64,000 nucleotides of DNA from Macrostomum lignano (lineage: Eukaryota): positions 58,676-122,675 of the forward strand of contig NIVC01002598.1 in the NCBI GenBank assembly GCA_002269645.1, given 5' to 3'. How positions within the stretch are numbered: position 1 is the first letter of the stretch; every line of letters begins with the position of its first letter. Positions 34,301-45,100 of the stretch are shown in pieces. Both the position numbers and the translations under genes were made by a program. The notes below the pieces were generated by a model. That model saw only the letters and a program-made list of their open reading frames with translations, was not told where the DNA came from and ran no database searches.

Positions 34301-37300
34301 CACCTGTCCAGAGTTGCTGCAGTCAGAGGCATCGCATCTTCAGCCGCCTCCGCCGCCGCCGCCTCCACCGCCGCCGTCGCAACCTCCGGCCACAGCGCAA
34401 GAGCGAATCGGGTGCCGGCTATCTAGGCAGAACTCCGGCTCCAGCGGCTGTAGCGGTGGCGGAGTGGACGCCTCGCTACTGGAGCTCATGCAGGATGGTG
34501 AGACAATAACTTTGTGTGGTCTATACTAACTGAGAAAAGAAACACGGCACATACGCTATTAAGCTAATCTCGACTCAACTTTGTTTTATCAGCTCTTTTA
34601 ACCTGTCCCCGTCGTTTCTCTGCAACCCCAACCCCTTCCGATTGTATTGCTTATCTGTTTGGGGGGTTTACTTCTTTGTAGCCCCGCACACAGATTTTAT
34701 TGCCCCAACCTCTCACCCTGCGGGGTTAAGCCTCCGTCCTCTCTGTAGCCCCGCACACAGATTTTATTGCCCCAACCTCTCACCCTGGGGGGGGGGGGTT
34801 AAGCCTCCGTCCTCTCTGTTGCCCCGCACACAGATTTTACTACCCCATCCACTATTATCATGTGCTGCAATGTACCACAACTTTAGATAGCTCTTCTCCT
34901 CTAAAAAATAGCTGTCATTTTCAATGCTTGCTACTCAATTGAAATTAGGAAAGTAGAATAATAATATTGCTGCCTGACACGCACCCGCAGTCTGCCAGCG
35001 CTGGTGGGGCGCCAGGCGGCTGGATTACAGCCTGCACTGCCCGGACTCGCTAACCAGATTCCCCGTCAACGCTATGCCACTGCTGTTCCACGCCAGCTAT
35101 TGGGAGAGCGCCGACGCTGCCGCGTTTATTCTTCGACAGCAGATTCATGTGCCTTACGGATCGGCTGGGCATCCGGGCGGCACATCCACGGCAGCTACAT
35201 CGGTTAGAGCAGTTGATTCTTAAAAACATTTATAATAGCTCGAATCATTTTGAGCTCGATTGTGATTGAAGATCTCACCGATTACAGATGTACCAATCTG
35301 CCAGCAGTCTTGTCGGCGATGAAGAGCTTGATCTCGATCGAGAATCGGGAAGTACTACACCCACTCCATACTCCGGTGCCGGCCTGTCTTTCATGTCAGC
35401 CGGCGGCTCCGAGGCGTCGGCGTCTGGAAAGAAACGCCTTCGAAGACGCTTGACTGGCGGGGTTCGATTGAAGGTACTTTAATTTTATTTTATGAATTTT
35501 TCAAATACGAAAATCATCAGTTTGCCTACTGATATAAGCAGTAAGTAAAGTATTTTTGCCTAATTTAATAAGACACAAAAAAAGCGATTTTTAAGTATTT
35601 TAGCTTATATAAAAACCGGCCTTTGAAGTTTGACTGGCGAGTGTCTTTGCTGGCGGGGCGATTATTGTAAACACTTCACTGGCAGTAGCCAATAAAATTT
35701 GAAGGCCGAATAAATTATACTGTTGATTCTTAAATGGTTTATGTGTGCTAGTGCGACTACTGATCAGCGTAGGAAGTAGAGAAGTAGTAAATTTTTTCTA
35801 CCTACTTTTTCTCTCAATTCTCTTCATGAAAACCAGTCCGCCTGTCTGCCTCATATTACTGTGGTAAGGATCGCTATATGAGTAGTCAAGTTGGATTTAT
35901 CCTGCCATAAAATTCTATTTGTTTTGTCGATGTTTTATGGCGTCGAGAGTAGCGAATGAGTTTTGTGCTATTACAAAAACTGTGGTAAATTTAACTTCGC
36001 CTGCTCATTAAAATGCGCACCGTCTTTGTTGTTTATGTCTATATGTAGCTCTATGAGTCTTTGTTTGGGTCGCGTGGCTACCAGTGGTCCAGCACTCTGA
36101 TACTGATGGCCTTCCGGTTGTAAAAAAATTCTTTCATTTTTAATAAAGATTCGCATCTTACTACTTAGATGAAGTAGTGCAATTTGAGAACGATTTTGTT
36201 AAAGTAGTTTTTGTTTGTGCAATAAAACATTTTACTGTTGTATCGCATTGGTAGGGAGGCGCAGCAGTGTTACATAATTTAAAGGCATTGTTATAAATCC
36301 ATGCTATTGTTTAATTTCATTTGTTTCTAATTTGATTGCTACAAAATGCTTATATGCATTGTTAGCTTTTCTACTATTGTAGTCCGGGTAGGTTAGCCTT
36401 CTCCAGCTTAGAACTCGATTATGAGTCGCTTTTATAAAACTTATCCAATCTTGCTATTTTTAGCACGCGACAGCCAATCACAGAGCGAATGACGTCATCG
36501 TGACGGAGGGCCAATCGCAGGTGGTGACAGCCAGGTTCATGTACGGACCGCTGGACATGCTGTCACTGTCCGATGAAATTGTAAGTAAAGTGGAGACAGG
36601 ACAGAGTAGGTTTAGAAGGAGTGCAGATAAAAGAGAAGTGATAAGATATGAGACAGCATATATGAATTAGGGGAGATAAGCCAGATGGGAGATAAGCCAG
36701 ATGGGAGATAAGCCAGATGGGAGATAAGCCAGATGGGAGATAAGCCAGATGGGAGATAAGCCAGATGGGAGATAAGCCAGATGGGAGATAAGCCAGATGG
36801 GAGATAAGCCAGATGAGAGATAAGCCAGATGGGAGATAAGCCAGATGGGAGATAAGCCAGATGGGAGATAAGCCAGATGGGAGATAAGCCAGATGGGAGA
36901 TAAGCCAGATGGGAGATAAGAGAGATTGGGTGAAATGAATTTCGAAGTAATTATTTGCGAAAGCAAACAGGCAACCTTGCCCTACCCCACCGCCTCCCCT
37001 CGGAGCAGATCGACGTCCACTCGCTGAGCCAGCCGCCCAGCGGAGACTGGACCTACCTGGGCAGCGGTCGGACGGACAGCCACGGCAAGTTGAGCTTCGC
37101 TCTGCCCACCGATCGCCGCCTGCCGCTCGGCTCGCACACCTTAAAACTGGTTGCCAGGTCGGATCTCACCTGCGCCGATCTTAATCTGGCCGTTGTGCCG
37201 CCGAATACGGAGTGCGTGGCCTTCTCTATTGATGGCTCCTTTGCCGCCAGCGTGTCACTTATGGGCGGCGACCCTAAGGTAAGCGTTTGTTATGGGTGCT

Positions 37301-40300
37301 CTGCTCAATTGAGATGGGATAATGGCTTGAGAAATCTCACCAGTTGAGATGAGACAATGGCATAAGAAATCTCCCCGATTGAGATGGGATAATGGCATGA
37401 GAAATCTCACCAGTTGAGATGGGATAATGGCATGAGAAATCTCACCAGTTGAGATGGGATAATGGCATGAGAAATCTCACCAGTTGAGATGGGATAATGG
37501 CATGAGAAATCTCCCCGATTGAGATGGGATAATGGCATGAGAAATCTCACCAGTTGAGATGGGATAATGGCATGAGAAATCTCACCAGTTGAGATGGGAT
37601 AATGGCATGAGAAATCTCACCAGTTGAGATGGGATAATGGCATGAGAAATCTCCCCGATTGAGATGGGATAATGGCATGAGAAATCTCCCCAGTTGAGAT
37701 GGGAAAATGGCATGAGAAATCTCACCTGTTGAGATGAGACAATGGCAGGAGAAATCTCACCTGTTGAGATGAGACAATGGCAGGAGAAATCTCCCCGATT
37801 GAGATGGGAAAATGGCATGAGAAATCTTCCAGTTGAGATGGGATAATGGCATGAGAAGTCTCCCAGTTGAGATGGGATAATGGCATGAGAAATCTCCCCA
37901 GTTGAGATGGGATAATTTGGGAAAATGGCACCATGCCCGATTCGCTTGCCCATCAGGTCCGTCCCGGTTCAGTGGACGTGGCCAGGCACTGGCAGGACCT
38001 GGGCTACCTGCTGCTGTACGTGACCGCCCGGCCGGACATGCAGCTGCGCCGGGTGCTTGGCTGGCTCGCCAGACACAATTTTCCTCACGGCATGCTGTTC
38101 TTTGCCGACGGACTGTCGGCCGACGCAATGCGACAGAAGGCGGCCTGCTTGCAACGGCTGACGGCCCAGACTGGCCTGCGGCTGCACGCGGCCTACGGCT
38201 CGGCCAAGGACGTGCCGGAATTCAGGGCTGTGGGGGCCAGGCACGTGTTCGTTGTGGGCAGGGGCGGCAGGAAGTGGGCGGGACTGGCCACGGTGAGTTC
38301 TATGCTAATCGTCAGATCCCCGCTTAGAGTGTCAGATCCCCGCTTAGACTGTCAGATCCCCGCTTACAGTGTCAGATCCCCGCTTAGAGTGTGAGATCCC
38401 CGCTTAGAGTGTCAGATCCCCGCTTAGAGTCTCAGATCCCCGCTTAGAGTGTGAGATCCCCGCTTAGAGTGTCAGATCCCCGCTTAGAGTCTCAGATCCC
38501 CGCTTAGAGTGTCAGATCCCCGCTTACAGTGTCAGATCCCCGCTTAGAGTGTGAGATCCCCGCTTAGAGTCTCAGATCCCCGCTTAGAGTGTGAGATCCC
38601 CGCTTAGAGTCTCAGATCCCCGCTTAGAGTGTCAGATCCCCGCTTAGAGTCTCAGATCCCCGCTTAGAGTGTCAGATCCCCGCTTAGAGTGTCAGATCCC
38701 CGCTTAGAGTGTCAGATCCCCGCTTAGAGTGTCAGATCCCCGCTTAGAGTGTCAGATCCCCACTTAGAGTGTCAGATCCCACTGATCATCAGATCTTCAT
38801 CAGTAAAAGTGTCAGTCCCCATGATCAAGTGTCAGATCCCTACCATAAAAGGGCCAGACCCCCATGATCAAAGTGTCATATCCGTATCATCAAAGTTTCA
38901 GATCCCCATCATCAAAGTGTCAGATCCCCATCATCAAAGTGTCAGATCCCCATCATCAAAGAGTCAGATCCCCATCATCAAAGTGTCAGATTCCCATCAT
39001 CAAAGTGTCAGATCCCTATCATCAAAGTGTCAGATCCCCATCATCAAAGTGTCAGATCCCCATCTTCTTAAAATAGTCAGATCCCCATCATCAAAGTGTC
39101 AGATCCCCATCATCAAAGTGTCAGAACTCCATCATCAAATTAGTGTAAGATCCCCATCATCAAAGTGTCAGAACTCCATCATCAAATTAGTGTAAGATCC
39201 CCATCATCAAAGTGTCAGATCCCCATCATCAAAGAGTCAGATCCCCATCATCAAAGTGTCAGATTCCCATCATCAAAGTGTCAGATCCCTATCATCAAAG
39301 TGTCAGATCCCCATCATCAAAGTGTCAGATTCCCATCATCAAAGTGTCAGATCCCTATCATCAAAGTGTCAGATCCCCATCATCAAAGTGTCAGATCCCC
39401 ATCTTCTTAAAATAGTCAGATCCCCATCATCAAAGTGTCAGATCCCCATCATCAAAGTGTCAGAACTCCATCATCAAATTAGTGTAAGATCCCCATCATC
39501 AAAGTGTCAGAACTCCATCATCAAATTAGTGTAAGATCCCCATCATCAAAGTGTCAGATCCCCATCATCAAAGAGTCAGATCCCCATCATCAAAGTGTCA
39601 GATTCCCATCATCAAAGTGTCAGATCCCTATCATCAAAGTGTCAGATCCCCATCATCAAAGTGTCAGATTCCCATCATCAAAGTGTCAGATCCCTATCAT
39701 CAAAGTGTCAGATCCCCATCATCAAAGTGTCAGATCCCCATCTTCTTAAAATAGTCAGATCCCCATCATCAAAGTGTCAGATCCCCATCATCAAAGTGTC
39801 AGAACTCCATCATCAAATTAGTGTAAGATCCCCATCATCAAAGTGTCAGAACTCCATCATCAAATTAGTGTAAGATCCCCATCATCAAAGTGTCAGATCC
39901 CCATCATCAAAGAGTCAGATCCCCATCATCAAAGTGTCAGATTCCCATCATCAAAGTGTCAGATCCCTATCATCAAAGTGTCAGATCCCCATCATCAAAG
40001 TGTCAGATTCCCATCATCAAAGTGTCAGATCCCTATCATCAAAGTGTCAGATCCCCATCATCAAAGTGTCAGATCCCCATCTTCTTAAAATAGTCAGATC
40101 CCCATCATCAAAGTGTCAGAACTCCATCATCAAAGTGTCAGAACTCCATCATCAAAGTGTCAGAACTCCCATCATCAAATTAGTGTAAGATTTGCATCAT
40201 CAAAGTGTCAGATCTGCATCATCAAAGTGTCAGATTCCCATCATCAAAGTGTCAGATCTGCATCATCAAAGTGTCAGATCTGCATCATCAAAGTGTCAGA

Positions 40301-41070
40301 TCTGCATCATCAAAGTGTCAGATCTGCATCATCAAAGTGTCAGATCTGCATCATCAAAGTGTCAGATCTGCATCATCAAAGTGTCAGATCCCCATCATCA
40401 AAGTGTCAGATCTGCATCATCAAAGTGTCAGATCTGCATCATCAAAGTGTCAGATCCCGATCATCAAAGTGTCAGATCCCCATCATCAAAGTGTCAGATC
40501 CCGATCATCAAAGTGTCAGATTCCCATCATCAAAGTGTCAGATCCCGATCATCAAAGTGTCAGATCTGCATCATCAAAGTGTCAGATCCCGATCATCAAA
40601 GTGTCAGATCCCCATCATCAAAGTGTCAGATCCCGATCATCAAAGTGTCAGATTCCCATCATCAAAGTGTCAGATCCCGATCATCAAAGTGTCAGATCCC
40701 CATCATCAAAGTGTCAGATCCCGATCATTAAAGTGTCAGAATCTGTCCAATCCCGCAGCCTCTGACGGACGGCTACGCTGCCCACTTGGCCAGCCTGCAG
40801 TCCGGCCATGAGAGCTCCCGCCCGGCCAGCGGCTCTGGCCGCGCCTTCTTCCGACGAGGCTGCTTCGGCCTCGCTTCGGCGACAGCGACGTCGACGGCGG
40901 CGGCGGCGACGGTAGCGTCGACCTCAGCAGCTTCGCCAGCGCTGGGAGGCACCCGCCTCGACCCCAGCCGGCTGGCGGCCACAGCACGGGGCCCGGCCGC
41001 CTCGCCGCGCGGCTCCTCGCCGTTGATGGCGCCGCGCAGTCCGGCAGCCTCGCTGTTGAAAACCAAGTGA
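22314..41070 (+). CDS. PITPNM: Membrane-associated phosphatidylinositol transfer protein (PITPNM / rdgB / Nir), complete 14-exon gene, about 1250 aa
   Basis: Exons: 22314-22391, 27476-27608, 28325-28500, 29601-29999, 30624-30828, 31539-32224, 32594-32813, 34075-34497, 34991-35202, 35288-35473, 36464-36580, 37009-37278, 37957-38292, 40759-41070. Introns are GT-AG with consistent phases; total 3753 nt. Domains: PITP ([62 protein letters not shown]), FFAT-like DEYFDA, DDHD ([35 protein letters not shown]) and LNS2 ([21 protein letters not shown]). A few internal splice sites in low-complexity regions are less certain. Confidence 0.93.
22960..23950. mobile_element. Foldback-like element built from inverted 16-bp tandem arrays
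   Basis: (GTCATAGACAGGTTGG)n at 22960-23340 faces degenerate (CTATGACCCAA..)n at 23415-23580 and 23865-23950. Ends and TSD were not resolved. Confidence 0.6.
23592..23861 (+). mobile_element. 5'-truncated CORE-type SINE, family B
   Basis: B-box GGTTCGATTTTC, then TGTGTCCTTCAGCAAGACAC...CTTCAGTTCACCCAGCTGTAAAATGGG (CORE-like), and an (ATT)n tail. A near-identical inverted copy lies at 25130-25385. Confidence 0.75.
24475..24700. repeat. Degenerate (GATT/GGTT)n microsatellite
   Basis: Run of TTGA/TTGG tetramers. Confidence 0.85.
25130..25385 (-). mobile_element. CORE-type SINE, family B, second copy
   Basis: Reverse complement of 23600-23820, including B-box GGTTCGATTCTC and CAGCTGTAAAATGGGTGCCAGC. 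Confidence 0.75.
25385..25795. repeat. 16-bp minisatellite (CTATGACTCAACCTGT)n
   Basis: About 13 perfect copies at 25500-25725 plus degenerate flanks. Same family as the array at 22960-23340, in opposite orientation. Confidence 0.92.
26625..27219. mobile_element. Mutator/foldback-type non-autonomous element, 595 bp
   Basis: 9-bp TSD AATTCTGCC at 26616-26624 and 27220-27228. Termini are CGCTTCCGGACA / TGTCCGGTAGCC. Long TIRs are made of (GGACATTTGCCCTCC)n facing (GGAGGGCAAATGTCC)n. Confidence 0.88.
27765..28290. repeat. 31-bp minisatellite in PITPNM intron 2
   Basis: Unit ATGGTGTCTATGGGGTGCCATTAATAATAGC grading to ...CCACTGATAGTAGC, about 17 copies. Confidence 0.94.
28735..29400. repeat. 16-bp-based compound minisatellite in PITPNM intron 3
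   Basis: CAGTGTACATTCCAGA modules interspersed with GAGACAGTGTGCATTCTCGACGG. Confidence 0.93.
30045..30340. repeat. 22-bp minisatellite in PITPNM intron 4
   Basis: Unit CTCTGTGATCTTTATTGTTTCA, about 12 copies. Confidence 0.92.
30870..31258. repeat. 30-bp minisatellite in PITPNM intron 5
   Basis: Unit TCAAATGAGGTTACTCAGAGGACGAGTGTC, about 12 copies. Confidence 0.94.
32236..32375. repeat. 26-bp minisatellite in PITPNM intron 6
   Basis: Unit TATCTGTCACTCTCGGATGCACATG(T), about 5 copies, starting about 10 nt after the donor. Confidence 0.9.
33065..33975. repeat. 38-bp minisatellite in PITPNM intron 7
   Basis: Unit TAGCTACTATCCTGATAGACATGGCAGGGAGCTCAGTA, about 24 copies. Confidence 0.96.
36668..36922. 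repeat. 16-bp minisatellite in PITPNM intron 11
   Basis: Unit ATAAGCCAGATGGGAG, about 15 copies. Confidence 0.94.
37308..37915. repeat. 35-bp minisatellite in PITPNM intron 12
   Basis: Unit TTGAGATGGGATAATGGCATGAGAAATCTCACCAG, about 17 copies. Confidence 0.95.
38310..40742. repeat. 20/22-bp minisatellite with a 339-bp higher-order repeat, filling PITPNM intron 13
   Basis: GTCAGATCCCCGCTTAGAGT (38310-38780) is followed by GTCAGATCCCCATCATCAAAGT variants. Identical ORF-track entries at 39165/39504/39843 and 39212/39551/39890 give a period of 339. Confidence 0.96.
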
Positions 41071-42113
41071 CAAACTTGTTTTATACGTTAATTATTGCCA
41101 GTGCATTTCCTAATTTACTTTCGAGTCTAGCTTGATTAAACTTATGGTGATTAATAATATCGCTACAAATTATATTTCTGCTGTTGCTTCTATGCAATTA
41201 TATTACTTTCTCTCTGTTTTACAAATCCGCTTTATACTAGATTGTAGATCTTCTTTTGCAAGCTGTTGCTTTTATGCTTTAGCACTTTCTTAGCCAAAGT
41301 GATCCTATTGCTGATCTCAACCCTCACCCTATTTGCCAACAGTCACGTGATCCTAACCCTCACTCTATTGATCAACAGTCACGTGATTCTCGGCCCGAAC
41401 CAGATTGATCAGCATTCTTTTTACCCAATTGAAGTTATACTTTCATAGCTTGCTTCTGATTATTGAATTAAATAGAGCCACAATTATAATCAAAAAATTC
41501 CTATTGCTGATACATTCTGCACTTCTTCGTCTACTTTTTTTTCATTTTGCAAGCAGTATACCTACGCTAAAAACTTTGCAAGTCACGTCCTATTTTTGCA
41601 TATTACCGTCCATCTGAAATGCGTCGGATTAGTGTTTACAAGCAATAAATGTTTTTTTTTTAGTTTCCTTTAGCAGCTGTTGTCAGTGATAGTCTTTTGT
41701 TATTGCAAAAATGCGTGTTGTTCCTATTATTTTCCTGCTCGATTGTTTTAGCTTTCAAATAGATTCTCAAACAGCATAAGCTCTGTTGTATAAAAGAACT
41801 CGATATTAAAAGTTCTCTGCGGAAATAATCCAACTAATCTCTGTTGATAAAGTGTTTCTTCTTTATTACTCAAAATTCATTGACGTCGCGGTTGCAGAAG
41901 ATTAATATGACGTCATAGTTACTAAAACTTTTAATGGATTCAAATGGTCGTTTTGGTTACACGAAGCCAGATGACTTCATAGGTCATAGTTACACAAAGT
42001 GAATGTGACGTCATACATGTATATATTACACATGTCTGCAGAAAGATAAAGTGACGTCACAAATGCAATGACGCCAAAGTTGAAGGCAATGTTGTAAAAT
42101 TGACGCCATATAG

Positions 42114-45100
42114 TCAGCCGGTTGCGCTGTCCTCGGGCTCATCGAGGCTTTCGCTGGCGAGTTGCAGCAGACGGCCCTGATGGCTGCCCGTCATTCTCGT
42201 CAGCGTAGCAATCAGGCAGCTGGCCGAGCCTGGCGACGGCTCTTCGCCCTCAGCAGAAGCCGTCGACCTGGCGTCTGGCGCCGCCTTCATCAGCCCGATC
42301 GGCAGCACATCGGCGAACACAGTGGGACAGGGCTCGACGTCTCGACAGTCGGTGTCCTCCGCGCTGGTGCTGCTGCTGCGGACGCGGGGATCAATTGAGC
42401 CGTTTCTGGATTGTGCGAGATTAATTATAGACGGCCATTTTCAATGATTACGTAATCAATTAGCCAATATTCGTTCTCTATTTGAACCAATGCACCGAAC
42501 GAACCAATGCACCTTTTTCGGTGGTTTCCGAGCTGCTCAGGGCAAAAATACAACCTACTCGTATTTGTTCACAAGCTGTTCAAGTTGTTTGATCAGGCTC
42601 CAAAGTCTTCTGTCTAGCTTAGCCGCAGCTCAGAGCTGCTACCCAATCACAGCAACGTGAATTGTAGCTCAGCTTTGCCACTCGCTTCACTGTGGCTGCG
42701 TTGATTGAGGCGTGACGCAAGCAGTCAATTCTGTAGCTGCGTACGATCTACTAACCAGGGCCAACTCTGCTTAACTATCAGCGTTAAGGAAGTTGCAGTT
42801 CCTCAGAGTTTTAACATTGTATACATACGTACATGTATTTTGCAGTTTTTGTGTGAAGTCGGCGCTTCTGAACAACTTCTGGCAACAGTCAACCTGCAAC
42901 CAGCGGACAAAATCCACGGACCCTCATTTATCACACCCAGTGAGCACGAATTTTGCCCTGGGAAGTCGTCCTTGTGAGCGCAAATTTCGAGGCAAACCCC
43001 AAATCAGTGCGTCTGCCTAGCGGATTAAAACCTGAGGATTATGGTACGAGGAATAGACAATCTGATGAAGCAGGCAAATTCGCTCACCCAATCAGCGTCC
43101 TCGCTCGCCGGTTGAACAGTCGCTGATACTCGGCCTCGTCAGCCAATGAGAGGCCGTCAATCGCGAGTTCAACTGAGCCGCACTCTCGCCTGGTGTCGCC
43201 GTAGGCCTCGCTGAAGGCTGCTGAAGGCCTGGCTTGCCGAGATAGTTCGCAAGCCGCGGTGCTGGCATAGTTCGGTTCCGCTTTCCCAAGCACCGCTTCA
43301 TCTAGTTTCGGCGACCATTTGACTTTGTCAAAGTTCGCTTCCGATTCAGCTTCCGGTTGCTGATATGGTTCCGAGTTGATTTCCGAATCTTGTTCCAGAT
43401 CGGCGTAGATTTCTAACTCTTGTTCGAGAGTTGCTTTCACGTCCGGTTCGAGTTGGTCTGCGTCTACCTCCGGTTCCTGTTTGTGCAAATTCACTTCTAG
43501 TTCGTATTGGTCTACGTTTACTTCCGATCCTGGCTCTGCTGATCGTTCTTGTTTCACTTCCGGTTCATGCTTGATTACTTCCGGTTTTATATCCGCATTC
43601 GTCGCTTCATCTTCAATCTCGCATGGTCCATTTGGCGTTTCAATGACAGGTTTTGGTGCAATGATAGCAGAATTTGGTGACTCTTTATCCGTCGCCAAAT
43701 TTGACAAAGAGTTTCGATGACCAACAGTCGCGGCGCTGGGCATCGGCGTTTGCGGCAGCTGATAGAGGCACTCGATCTGGCCAACCGTGAAGTCTTTGTT
43801 CTCCGCGCTGGTGCCGGCAACGCCAGCGGATCTCCCGCCAGCCACCCGCGGCCAGCAGAGAAACTCCCGCAGCCGGGTCGGCAGGGCGAGGCGAAGTCGG
43901 TGGCTGCCGCTTCGCCTGAGCCGGCGGCTTGGCGATGCCCTGCTGGAAAGACGAACAGTACAAAAGGGATATCATTAGGGGGGGGGGCGTAGCCCAGCGG
44001 TAGCGCAGCTGCTCTGGTGTGCCAGCGACCCAGGCTCGATTCCAAGTGCAGTCACATTAATTTGGGGCTGAATTGGAATCTCGGCTTGGCTCTGCTCGTG
44101 CAATTAACGGCCTTGAGAGCCAACCCCCCAAGGCGCAGTGAAGTGTACATGCCTAACGATAATATAAAGTTAGGGCCGCTGTACACTCCTGTGTGAGTGT
44201 GTGCCTGCGTACGTATCCGCGCGCTTGTATGCCTGCTCAGGGGAGTCGGCGGAATGCGCAGTAATGCCTCTCGCCGGTTGTGTGCCTATGTCGCTTAATG
44301 TGCGCCAGGGTCCACACAACCCCCTGCCTCTAATAAAAAAAGGGATGTCAGCTTAAGAAAAATAGTGGAGCCCGAAGTTTATGTGGCCCGTGCACTAAAA
44401 TTGCACAGGCTTCTGCTCAATTCACAACCATGAGGGCAAGGCCCCAAGGCACAGAGAGTGTACATGCCAGACGATTAGAAAGCCATCAAAGCCGCTGTAC
44501 ACCCTGTGTGAGCGCGTGTATGAGTGCGTGTCTGCGTGTAGTATTTACGCGCTTTTATGTGCTCTCAGGAGTCAGCGGAATCGCATCAGCGCTGGTTGTA
44601 GGACAAGGTCGCGGAAAGCATTGCGCCAGGGTGCTGACAGTCCTATGAATATTGATTTTAAAGCACCAGGCCAAACCGATTATGAGCTTCTATACGTGTG
44701 TCCGAAAGTGCAAGTACACACCTTATCAACGGCCCCCTTATTATCTTGAATTGTCAACTGCAAGCACACACCTTATCAACGGCCCCTTATTATCTTGAAT
44801 TGTCAACTGCAAGTACACACCTTATCAACGGCCCCCTTATAATCTTGAATTGTCAACTGCAAGCACACACCTTATCAACGGCCCCTTATAATCTTGAATT
44901 GTCAACTGCAAGTACACACCTTATCAACGGCCCCTTATAATCTTGAATTGTCAACTGCAAGCACACACCTTATCAACGGCCCCTTATAATCTTGAATTGT
45001 CAACTGCAAGCACACACCTTATCAACGGCCCCTTATAATCTTGAATTGTCAACTGCAAGTACACACCTTATCAACGGCCCCTTATAATCTTGAATTGTCA

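Noticed and set aside
38749-40758. Many repeated ORFs ([21 protein letters not shown])
   Set aside because: They are minisatellite translations in PITPNM intron 13.
43845-43900. SOCS-box-like LPTRLREFL in the orphan protein
   Set aside because: Only the C-terminal half resembles a SOCS box. The BC-box (SLxxLCR) is absent and the motif is internal rather than C-terminal.
43978-44060. Functional tRNA genes at the SINE A heads (also 51063 and 3202)
   Set aside because: A and B boxes are present, but the cloverleaf is not conserved between copies, and each continues into a shared 250-bp SINE body.
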